Positions 12,210 to 22,442 of a DNA stretch of 36,028 nucleotides are shown here, one piece after another. The notes beneath the pieces are model-generated. The model had not been told where the DNA came from. It saw nothing but the letters and a program-made list of their open reading frames with translations, and did no database searches. The stretch is taken from the NCBI GenBank assembly GCA_040357565.1, contig JBDODJ010000116.1; one strand, written 5' to 3'. The position numbers and the translations under genes are program-made. The first letter of the stretch is position 1, and the number at the start of each line of letters is the position of its first letter. The stretch is from Cercozoa sp. M6MM (Eukaryota; Protista; Endomyxa: Ascetosporea).

Positions 12210-13394
12210 TGTTTGGACAGAACACTGGTGCGCGAGTTGCTGCGGTACCTCGACTATGTCGTCCAAGACGGTTCGTTTCGCCTCGAGCAGCGTTTTTCGC
12301 GTTTGCGCTATCCGTCTTGTTGTGTTGATGCTGCAGAAGGCTACGATGATCGTATTCAGTTCTTGTTCGACTTCTCGGGATCCCTGCTGAGTGCTGCCAA
12401 GGTATCTACAGCTTCTGGTAAGTGAGAGAGAGTCGTTATGCAGCTATGCGTGTGGATAGGGCGGCGTACCCGAACTGAAGATTGCCGAGTATGCGACACA
12501 AGCCACTGTACACTGTGTTGTCATCAGTTCAGATTGTGTTTGGATAAAACTGGACTTAGGTGACGCACGTGTGTGCCGTTGCAGACGAGATTTGCGCCTC
12601 GATTCGATCGATGCTGCGGTACTGACTTGCTTCTTTCTGAGTACTCATGAAGTGTGATTAATCTGGTAACATGGGTTGCTGCAGTGTCGGAATGTACGCC
12701 GACGCAGTGCAGCAGCTGCGTTTGATGCTGCGAGTGTGGCGACTGGACATGCTCAATCTGCAGCCTGACGCACAGTACTCGGCTCTCATTGCGACGCGAT
12801 TCGAAGCGTTGCTCGTACTGCAGATCCCTTGAAATAGAGAATCGATCTGTCGAACCAGACCTGTTAAAACCAGAGTGTTTCAACAAAACTGATTGTGTGC
12901 AGAAACTGTCAGTGCAAGCGGCGCGTCAGTTGCACAAGAAGCGAGTTGCGCCCTCACGTGCCATCGTGAACTTTAATGGTTGCACTGCTCCTTTGTGTTG
13001 CCGCTCTTCTCTTCGATTCGTGTTGTGTGTCGGAACAGGCTCAATGAGCAAGCTCTACTTGTACGCCAAATGGGCTCAAAAGCAGCACGCGAAGCTGTTA
13101 ACAGAGCAGAGTCAACACAAGACGAAACGAGCAGTGTTGCATCGACTGAGTGTGCCGCATCTTTGTTGTTCTGCTGCCTTAAATGCAACTCACAGTTTCT
13201 CTCGTTCCTTGCAGGTTCTCGACAGCAGGATTGGCGTGCTGCTGCACGAGTACCAGATCGCGGCCAAGCGGTAGCTTTCTACATCCCCCTACCCCTACCC
13301 CCTGCCCCTATACGAGTTTAGTCTGTCGGAATCCTGGTCCGAGCATGAGCACGGCAAGGCCGGCGAAAGCTTCCGTCGCTACGTTCGGTGTGTG

Positions 13395-13444
<50 letters not shown>

Positions 13445-13468
13445 GTGTGTGTGTATGTGTGTATGTGT

Positions 13469-13500
<32 letters not shown>

Positions 13501-13993
13501 TTGTGCTGTCCGCGCGGATGAAAGTGGGTCTTGGGCAGTGCGCCGCCGCCGAAACGCGTCGATTTCTTTGCTCTGCGCGACGGTTTGCGACAGCGTGGCG
13601 ACGACAAGGAGGTTTGAACATCTGTGTACATATGTATGTATATCTAGTACGTATATATCTATGTATACATATATACATATAGTATACGCATCTAAAGACA
13701 GCACATACAATAAGACTGGCGTGTAGAACGAGTCGGCCAACGAGTCCGCCGAGATGAGAGACGACTCAGAGGATCATCGGCAGACCGACAAAGAGCAGGA
13801 GCGAGGCCACGCCGAGAACTCGAACGTGAAGCGCGAGCCAGTGTTCGCGGGCTACGAGGCGCCGCGCATGAGTGACGAGGAGTTCCGCCTGCGCAACATG
13901 GAGACACAGCCCATGCAGTCGAGTCAGGCGGCGGCACACGTGCCCATGCAGGACGACGATGCCGGGAACAGTGACGCCTCCCAGGAAGAGTAG
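6334..13993 (+). CDS. FANCI: Fanconi anemia group I protein-like (alpha-solenoid), several dozen exons
   Basis: Spliced segments align by eye to human FANCI in colinear order: KISLFFITLAIWWTNCTRY (~LSPFSIALLLSVTRIQRF), IAQSAKWFASLL...VKQVASHVSTWSHLSPVFWQCALLLLGS (~GSKFLQNL...[25 protein letters not shown]), MHAIAPWLL...LFERALM (~KAVQPLL...LRKAMF), and C-terminal GVLLHEYQIAAKRLS...KRVDFF plus an acidic tail. Not every exon was traced. Confidence 0.7.
12151..12203 (+). repeat. Compound microsatellite (CA)n(TA)n, intronic
   Basis: Read directly; lies between a GT donor and an AG acceptor of the FANCI-like gene. Confidence 0.95.
13389..13500 (+). repeat. (GT)n microsatellite, intronic
   Basis: About 110 bp of interrupted GT repeat starting at the intron donor. 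Confidence 0.95.
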
Positions 13994-14386
13994 AGCCAGT
14001 ATTAGTAGTACTGCGTACACAAGTGTTACCGCAGCCTTTCAGAAATTGAGGCTTTGGCAGCCTGAAAAAGACTGAAGAAACAAATGGAATCGATGCGAAA
14101 CAGAATTGAGTCAGCAGACAAAGTCAGTCAGATGTACAGTAGTACAAGGAAGGAAGAGAGGCCCAGTCGTCAAAAGGAGAGGGCAGGGCGTAGAGAGAAA
14201 AAGTAAGGCACCCTCGGGTTATCCCTTGCTGGGTACCGAACAATACACCACTCTTCTTTCGAAGAATTTGAGAAGGCGAGAGCGTAGTTAAGTTTGTGGG
14301 GTAGGGGGACTATGTGACTCGTCTTGCCCTCCCAGGAAGGGCAGTGTCAGAACAACGCAGACACGAGAGACGACGCACGACGCAAA

Positions 14387-15317
14387 TTAGAGCGACGGGA
14401 AAGCCTCGTCCGTGACCTGCAGCTTCTTGGCCGCCTTGGCCGGCTTCTGCTGCTTGCGCTGCTCCTGGCCGCGCACCGGCTTGGCTGCACACAGGGGGGT
14501 TAAGGGATGGGGGTAGGAGGTAACATGGGTGTTCAGCATACACGAGCCGCGGAAGAGGCCGCCAAAGTCGCTCTGCTTCTTGGCCTTCTTGGCCTTCTTG
14601 CCTGCAGGGGTTGGGGGTCAGATGGAGGGTGGTAGGGGAGGAAGGTAGACGAGGGTAAGATGGACAGCAGTACCCTTCTTGCCCTTCTTCTTGGGCTCGA
14701 AGAAGATGGCGTCGTCGCCGTACTCGATGGACTTGTCGACAACGGTAGCGTCGAAGGTCTGCACCTCACGCACGGCGAGCTGCTCGTCCTCGTCGAGCGA
14801 CTTGAGGAAGGCGGCGGCCGAGATGCCCTGCGGCTCCTCAGGAGTCTCGTCGACCACGACAGGCTTCTCGTGCTGCACGTGCTGCTCCTGCTCCTCCGAC
14901 TCGACCTTCTCGGCCGTCTCGTCCACGTTGCGCGGCTTGCGCTGCTGACGCTCGTCGCGCGACAGCTGTCAAGCAAAGAAAAAGGTTAAGGGAGCAGAGA
15001 AAAAGGTTAAGGGAGCAAGGATAGGCTAAAGCAAAGGTTAAGGGGGTGCCAAGCTACCTTGCCGTGCTTGCTGCGCTCACGGCGGCCCGTGCCCGACACG
15101 TGGCGATCCTTCTCGCGACGCGGGTTGCCGCGGCCCTTGCGGCCCTTGTTGCGCGCCTCCTCCGCCTTCTGCACCACGGAGAGGGTTACACGGGAGCACA
15201 TCTACACAAACCTGTCACCTTCGGCTTCTTGTCGCTCGACTTCTTCACGGCCTTCTGCGAGACCTCCTTCTTCACGACCGGGACAGCGTCCTCAGCAAGC
15301 AGGTTGAAGCGGTTCAT
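14387..15317 (-). CDS. SERBP1: SERBP1/HABP4/Stm1-family RNA- and ribosome-binding protein
   Basis: Starts MNRFNLLAED, contains REKDRHVSGTGRRE.SK.G (family DRHSGTG motif) and ends VTDEAFPSL* (family FPxL C-terminus). Spliced, with strong GC3 codon bias. Confidence 0.85.
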
Positions 15318-15837
15318 CTTCTCGTTGTTCTCTGCACCGCAGACATATCAGTGTCCCCACACACCCTCAGGCACACTTCTCGCGGCGAATGGCAAACTAC
15401 TTTTGCCCTTGCCGCAGGAAGATTTTTGGAAAAACGCTCAAACAAAAACAGAAAAACACAAGAAAAACGTCACTGCACAAAAACACACACCAAACACGCT
15501 TAACACAGCAGCGGCTGCTACGCATTCTGCTCCCTGTGCATGCAGCACCCCCTGCATGCATCGGCAGGATCTGCGCCCGCCGAGACACACCCGAAAACAA
15601 CCAGGAATGCGCAAAAATACGACCCGATGTGCCTGAGTGTTACCTGACAAGCCCCCTATGTAGCGTGACAGTGATGGTGTGGCGTGTGGGCGCCCGCGGC
15701 AGCTGTGGGCAGCCTCCTTATTTTTCGAGTGCAGTCCAAGTGATCGGGTGCTCCCAGACTTTGGACGGGGTGTCAAAGTCGACTCTCGCGGCCAGCGAAG
15801 CAGCGCAGCAGTGTGTGTGCGCAATCGTGGTGCCACA

Positions 15838-17786
15838 ATGAAGCAGTTAGTGGTGGTGGGCACATATGAGAATCTGTTGTACGGAGTGGATGTGACGGTT
15901 CGCGGCATGGCGGCACGTGTCAAGCAGCGTTTCGTGTCGCAGGCCAGTGAGAGTGCGGTGCGCACCGTGTCGGTGGTACTTTTTTTGTATTTTTCTGCGG
16001 GTGAAAATGAGGGAAAGCCTGCGAGAAAAGAGTGTGATGTGTCCAGGCGGAAGGAGGCGATCTCTTGGCCGTGGGCGGCACCGACGAAACCGTCAGTCTG
16101 TTCAGTCTGCGTCGCAGCGTTTCTCTGGGCAGTCTGCAGCGACACCGTGGCAGTATCAATGCACTCGCCTTCTTTGGCCGCACGCACCTCCTGTCCGGCA
16201 GCGAGGACGGCGACGTCTGTGTGTGGCGCACCTCCACGTGGGAGTGCCTGCGCACCCTCCGCGCGCACGGTCACCGGCATGCCAAGTACGCCCATTTCCT
16301 CCCCTTCCCCCTTTTTTACCTTTGACATCTTTTTAAGCCGTTTGTTAGCTTCTTACCCTCTTTTGAAGCAGTTTTAACCCCTTTTTGAAGCCCCTTTAAA
16401 CGCTTCTCATAAAAACCTTTTTCCCAGGAACGGCAGGCTGAACGGTGTGCAGCACGTGAGTGTGCACCCATCTGGCCGTCTGTGTGCCACGGTGGGCCGC
16501 TCGGACAGCACGCTGAAGCTGTGGGACCTCACGACAGGCACGTGTGCTCTCACCCAGCGCCTGCCGAGTGACTGCTCGCACGTGCTGTGGCTTCCGAGCG
16601 GACGTGGCTTTGTACTACTATTACGACAGCGACCGAAACTAGGAGAGCAAGCAGAAGAGCAAGCAGGAGAGAGACAACTAGCTGGTAATGGCAATGGCAG
16701 CGTGCTACTGGTGTGCGATCTGGCCGGTCAAGTGCTGGTGTCGTCCGAGCTGCCGCCGGTGCTGTCGGCCGCTTTCATGCCGCAGTGTGACATCCTCGTG
16801 CTAGGTACGGCCGACGGTCGCGTCTCGTGGAGAAACGCTGCCAACGGCGACGTGCTGGCCTCCTACAAGGCACATGACGCACGTGTCGTTGCTGTCAACA
16901 CGTCCGCGCGGACCGATCTCGATGATCACGCCTTGATCTACTCGGTCGACAGTGCTGGTGACCTGCTGGTGTGGGACATGCCATGCCACGCCGATCTTAT
17001 CGCCAATGCTGAGAGCTGTGAGGTGCTGGCCTCGCACTCGTTCAAGTGCCGCGTTACCTCGCTCGCCTGTGTGCCTCCTGGTGAGTCTTGCTTTTGCTTT
17101 TCGTTTTTGTGCCAACTGAGTCGAGTTGAGTTGCTTTGCTCTTTCCTTTGAGTTACTTTGGGTTGCTTTGCTTTGAGTTTAGTTGAGTTTAGTTGCTTTG
17201 CGTTGCTTGAAGTTTAGTTGAGTTTAGTTGAGTTTCCTTGGGTCTAGTTGAGTGAGTTGCTTTCGGTTGAGTTGAGTTGATTTGAGTTGAGGCGAGTGAC
17301 CTTTCTGCAGAGCAAAAACAACCGGTGGCTGAAAAGCGCGTACGAAGCGAAAGCGCGGAGACGTCGACTCAGCCGAAAAAGCAGCAGCGAAGTGCGAAGA
17401 AGCAAAACGATGACTCAAAGCAGCAAAAGCAACAACAAAAGGAGCAAGTGGCCCAACCGGCCAAAAAGAAGCGTCGAGTGCGTAACAAGAAGAGCACTGG
17501 CTTCCAGGTACATTGCTGTTTCAGTTTAAGACAGTTGTGTGTTCTGTTTAAGGGAGTGTTTTTCTAGGTCGTTTCTGCACAAAAAACTGCCGAGCACAGT
17601 GGCGTTTTGAGTGGCGTGGCTGGCGTCTCGACCGCGCCAAAGGCTCCTGCTGCGCCTTCTGCTGTGGCTCCCGGTGGTGGTGCTGCCAAGCACGCCAACC
17701 ATAACACCAACCGACCCAGGCCGAGGAAACGCCGCAATAAGAAAAAGAGCAATGCCAAGAAGGCCAAGTCCTCGCGCTCACAGTGA
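15838..17786 (+). CDS. PAK1IP1: PAK1-interacting protein 1 / Mak11 WD40 60S-biogenesis factor with a basic C-terminal tail
   Basis: MKQLVVVGTYENLLYG (family VxGxYExxLxG), LAVGGTDETVSLFSL...GSL.RHRGSINALAF...HLLSGSEDG.VCVW..STWECLRTLRAH, VSVHPSGRLCATVG and CRVTSLA. Lys/Arg-rich tail. Confidence 0.9.
17118..17290 (+). repeat. Degenerate pentanucleotide repeat (GAGTT/TAGTT/GCTTT), intronic
   Basis: Fills the PAK1IP1 intron 17081-17310. Confidence 0.85.
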
Positions 17787-17936
17787 TCGTACTCGCTTAG
17801 CATACATACTATCGTATACACTAGCCGGTGCGCGAACGAAAATCCGATATGCTCGGACTGAGAAACGCTAAATAAAACTAATCAGCGCAGACTGGCTGAA
17901 GCATACGGCAATTAGACCAGGGAGGAGCCGGGAGTC

Positions 17937-18767
17937 ATGGCATGTAACCAAACACGCTTCGAGACGGGGCTGCAGCAATGGGAGCAACTCGGGTGCGCTG
18001 CCATGGTACAGAGTGCCCCCCCCCCCCCAGATTGGCACATTGCTACTGTGCCCTAGGCAAGCACGATGCAGGTGTGTCCCACACCCTGCGCCTCTGCAGT
18101 ATCGGACCTTCTGAATGCCCAATGCTTCAACACGCGGTGGCAGTCGACCCGGCTTGGTCGGCAGCTCAACATTTTGGATAAGGTGGGACTGTAGCCAGTC
18201 TCCAGTCCGTGGGAACCTGAGTGTGTTTGGCAGGAGAGCGAAGAAGCTCGCTACGTTGGCATCTGTCCATGTCCGGACAACCTTATTTGCGGCCCGTGTG
18301 GCTTTAACTCTGAGGTGCCATCCTAAGTTTGGGTGTAGATTAGTGCATCATAGCCCTGACTGAGGCACAGGCCCTCTGCTTGAGGAGTGATCGGTGCGTG
18401 TGGATTCGCAGGGTAGACACAGCGGCCTGTCTCGCTTTGGGTTCACTGTCGTGTCATGAGGTCCGAGAACGAGTCGAGAGGGAGCCCAACACCGTGGCCA
18501 CTTGCAGTTCCACCAGTATTTCTTCAGTTTGCACTTCTTTCGGTGTTCTCTCCTTTAATTAATCGTTCCCTCTGGGGAGCAGTTCCAGCTTGGCAGAGAA
18601 GAGCCGTCGTCGTCAGTTTCTTTGTGCTGCTGCTGTGTCTGGGCATCCAAGCTTTCAACAAGTGGAGGCAGTCCAAGCAGGACCCCGATCTCGTGCTTCG
18701 CAAGCGAGCCGACAAGGAGAGGAAGCTGCTGCTGGGACAGACTGATACCGGGTTTGACGTAGCTTAA
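17937..18767 (+). CDS. Hypothetical Cys-rich single-pass membrane protein, spliced
   Basis: MACNQTRFETGLQQWEQLGCAAM|ASTMQVCPTPC..., then hydrophobic AVVVSFFVLLLCLGIQAF followed by a basic tail. Middle exon boundaries are ambiguous. Confidence 0.5.
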
Positions 18768-18801
18768 ACTTAGGTTTAGTTTGTGCAGATTGTACCATTC
18801 C

Positions 18802-21382
18802 TCACTCAGCAAAGAGCGAGGACGAGGCATAAGAAGTCTCATCGACGGTCTGTGCTAGTGCTGTCTTCTCCAGTGACACTGCTTCGGACACATGGGGAAT
18901 CGAAGGCCTTTTTTCGCCGACACCGGAGTCAGCTACGTCCTCTCTCTGTGGCTGCTGTTGCAAACGTTCCCGCATCGAAAGGGCTGCAAGCAGGTGGCAA
19001 TCCAAACACTGAGTTTTCGACAGGGAAGCTGGTGATTTCTACCTTTGTTGCGCAAGCGCAGACTGTCGATTTCGTTCTGCGCAGCGACGAGTTGTTGCTG
19101 CACCTGGCGCAGTTTCGCGCTGAGGAACTGCGCGATTTTGTGCTCATCGATGCGACGCTCGTCGACACAGATGCGGTGCAGCTCTTGATTTCGCTTTCGC
19201 AAGTCGTCGAGCTTTTGTCGTAGCTCGCTGTTTCGACTCTCGGCGCGAAGCAGAAGTTGTTGGCCGTCTCTGTTGGTGCTTTGAGCCTCAGCGACAGCCT
19301 CTGTCACCGCGCTTGCTATTTCAGAGGTTCGGCTTTGCGTCTGCCGTTCTGCATCTGCTTTGGCGAGTTGCGCTGCTCTTTCGGCCTGCAGAAACAGCCA
19401 AGCAAGTATCCTAATACAATTGGTACTCGAGGTGTTTGTTGGGGTACAGTTTCTGCACGCTCGCGTTCGACGTCTCGAGCAACAATGGCTTGGCGCAACT
19501 CGGTCTGTGATTTCGACAGCATCTGCACGAGGAACTGCGCTGCTTGCTTGCGACCGGAAGAGTCACTCGAGTTTTCCACAGCACTCGTCTCTTCGCTTTC
19601 GTCTCCGTTGGCGACGGCGAGCTTTGCCACTTCACGAGCGAGCTTTGCGCATGCTGCACAAAGTTTCGCAGTGTACTAGTTCAGATAATAATACAAATGG
19701 AGCTACCATCATCGCGCAGACGCAGCTCCTTCAAGAAGCCGCGTCGTTGTTTCACCGTAGCTTCGTGAACACTGCGAGCTTCGCGCTGTGCTTGTTCACA
19801 GGCAGCTTTCGAGAGTGCGAGTTGCTTTCGCAGCTTCTCTTCGTTGCTTCGGCTTTGCGCTTGTTGCTGCTCAGCTTGCAGCGCGCTTTCGACGAATCGT
19901 CGCACAGCTTCGGTTAGAGAAACGCTCGGCGCTGTGTTTGGCTTGCTCATTTGTGTCTCTAGTTTTGCGAACTCTTGTATCAGCTGGTTTTGCACTCGCT
20001 CTGCCGCTGCACTGTGGCCACATACAGACAATTCTGTTCAGTGAAGACTGAGGGTTGGTTTACATCTGGTCGCGCATGGCGTGCACAAGCAAACGTTCGC
20101 GCTGCAACTCGGCTCTGGTGTCGCCGTCGGTGGACCAGAGTTCAGCAAGTGACAGCTTGTGCTGCTCGAGTTCGTCTCGTGCAGCGTCTCGTTGCTGCGA
20201 CAACTCGGCGCAAAACTCTCGCAGTGCGTCGACTTCGCTATCTGTTTGTTTCGTCGTTCGAGTGTCTTCATGATAAGTGCTGTCGTTTTTTACAACATCG
20301 TCAGTGCTGCTCTGTTTTTTCGACAGTGACGGTGACTGGGAGGAGGGCAAGGCAGCAGCAGCTTTGAACCAGGAGCGAGCCAGAGATTCGAACTCGTCGA
20401 CAAGAGAGTTGGTGGCTTCACTAAGCACGTGGTGCGGAGGTCGCCTCAGTTGCGACAGCTGATCGAAAGCTGCTTTTAAAAGCACTTGGCGGGCATCGGA
20501 TTGCTCATGTGTGGCGTGCAAGGAAGGAAGTGTCAGTCGAAGCAGCAGACTGAGTTGTCGCAGCCACTGCTCGAACGACGACGATTGCGTTTGCTTTGCC
20601 ATCGAGCTTTTGAGATGCGCAAGTTCAAAGTTCATTCGTCGGATTCGGTCACTCGTAATGGAAGAAGCCGGCTTTGAATTCTGTTTTGCTGCAACAGGTC
20701 GAGACGGTCGTTTTTCGCTCTTTGGTCGTGCGTGCCGGCGTTCTGATGTGAGCTTTCGGAGCTCCTGCTGTTGTTGCCTGTGCTTTAGCCGTTCACTGTG
20801 CCTTTCGCTTTGATGTGAGTTGCTTTGAGTGCTTTGTTCGTACATCTGAGACGGCAGTTGCCGAGAAGGCACGAGAGGAACCACTGTAGCCATACCTTGA
20901 ACAGTTGTTGCAAGCGAGATCGATTCACTTTCGTCGCCTTTGCCGCTTTCGTGGTACCGAGAGGGCTGCGCTATCCTAGGACTGGCGGGTGGAGGTGCGG
21001 GTCCTAACGATGGACCATCTGAACATAGCAGAAAACAATCGAAGCAACTGTCGAAACAGTGAAATAGTGAAAGCTTGGGGGTACCCGCACATTCGAAACG
21101 AAAGCGAGTGATATCGTATCCAAAGCGAATGAGATCGCCATGATGTAGCTGCATTTCTGCATTGTGCAGACGAGTGCCGTTGACAAAGGTGCCGTTTCGA
21201 CTGCCTCTGTCGATGAGGAAGCACCTCTGCCCGCGAAACTCAAGCGCTGCGTGTTGCTTGCTCACCGAAGGTGACTCCAATGCGAGTTGACATCGAGTGA
21301 CATCGCGTCCAACCAGCGTGCTGCGAGGCAGCTCGTACAGCACACTAACGGATCGTAGACACCCGAAGACCTCGTCTTCCAT
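18802..21382 (-). CDS. N-terminal FHA domain plus long coiled-coil protein (CEP170/FHAD1-like architecture)
   Basis: VGRD...SVSKQHA...DRGSRNGTFVNG...GDLIRFGYD is a canonical FHA domain. Downstream exons are heptad-rich. The last exon ends SSSLFAE* at 18802. Confidence 0.85.
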
Positions 21383-21511
21383 CAACTGTGCGTGCTATTA
21401 CCGTCGCTAGTCTCAAAGTCGCTGCATTTACTGTGACTGGGTGTCGATAAGAAAGTGACCAGGAGAAACGCTCGACTCGAACGACATTAAAGTGTGACGT
21501 CGAACGCGACA

Positions 21512-22260
21512 CTAACTTCTAAGATCCTCCGCTGCAAGAGTGACGAGATGACTTTGAAGCCAGCCCTCTGCGTTCTCTTGTGTCCAAGCGTAAAACCACG
21601 AGATCCCGGTGTCGTCCAAGTAAGGATGGGCAGCGTCACTGGCGTTGCTGTGCTGTGAGAAGCCTCGTTCGTCTTTGCACCACACGCGTGCTCCCTCGCT
21701 GACAGCCAGGTGACCTTCGATGCCTGTCTGCTGCGCTGTGTGAACGAAGCACGGCACTACTCTGTCGACAAAGGTTGACGGAAACCACCCCTCCTCCTGA
21801 AGCTCGTTCGTCTGTGTTGTTCCGTAGATCCACTGCTCATTCTGCTCATGCACTCCTCCGACTTTCGGACCCGCCGTGCGAACTATCGTCCCTCTATTTT
21901 CAGACACACTCTTCGCTAAACTTTAACACGAAACCAATCTGAAGGGTAATGTGCACGGTACTTTGCAAAGGAAAGATGCCCAATATGCCGGCTTTGGAAT
22001 GAGTACTTCGCCCGAACGAACGTGAGGTTTGACGGTTCCAAAGCAGCTGATGAAGGGGAAAGAGTTCCATCTGGGTACAAATCCGACACGAAACCGTGCG
22101 CCTTCAAATGTGCGTGGACCTGCAGCAAGCACGTTGAGAACCGACTGAAAAACCCTCCCGGGAGTCGCTTTTGATATTGTACCTTCGCCTTGCGCCAGTC
22201 GACGACACGAGCGGTCAAAGCCAAGAAGGTAGCAAGCACTCCTAATGCAAGCACATACAT
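21512..22260 (-). CDS. Putative signal-anchor protein with two SH3 domains
   Basis: MYVLALGVLATFLALTA hydrophobic start. SH3-1 is VRAKYSF...GHLSFAK|G...QWIYG...EGWFPSTFV; SH3-2 is GHLAVSEG...SWFYAW...EGWLQSHLV. The N-terminal exon structure is less certain. Confidence 0.7.
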
Positions 22261-22442
22261 TGTGAGCACACTTCAGGCCTGAGAGAAGGTGCTCCATCCT
22301 TGAGGTCAACTTCGAGGCATGCCGTACCTTCGGACCTGCCGTTAAATGGCCCACACTGCGACAGTTATTCTAATGTAGCTGAGTGTGCCATGTGCTGTGT
22401 ACTTAATCTAGCTAAAGACGCACTCCACCCCAAGTGTGCAGT

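Noticed and set aside
13308-13740. ORFs with poly-HT, poly-CV or poly-YI tracts (also 11807-12328, 29274-29817 and 35514-36005)
   Set aside because: These are translations of intronic microsatellites.
14981-15044. Interstitial telomeric repeats (TTAAGGG)
   Set aside because: They are not tandem TTAGGG-type arrays, but part of a longer intronic unit.
15438-16328. 296-aa minus-strand ORF
   Set aside because: Antisense shadow of the GC3-rich PAK1IP1 exons.
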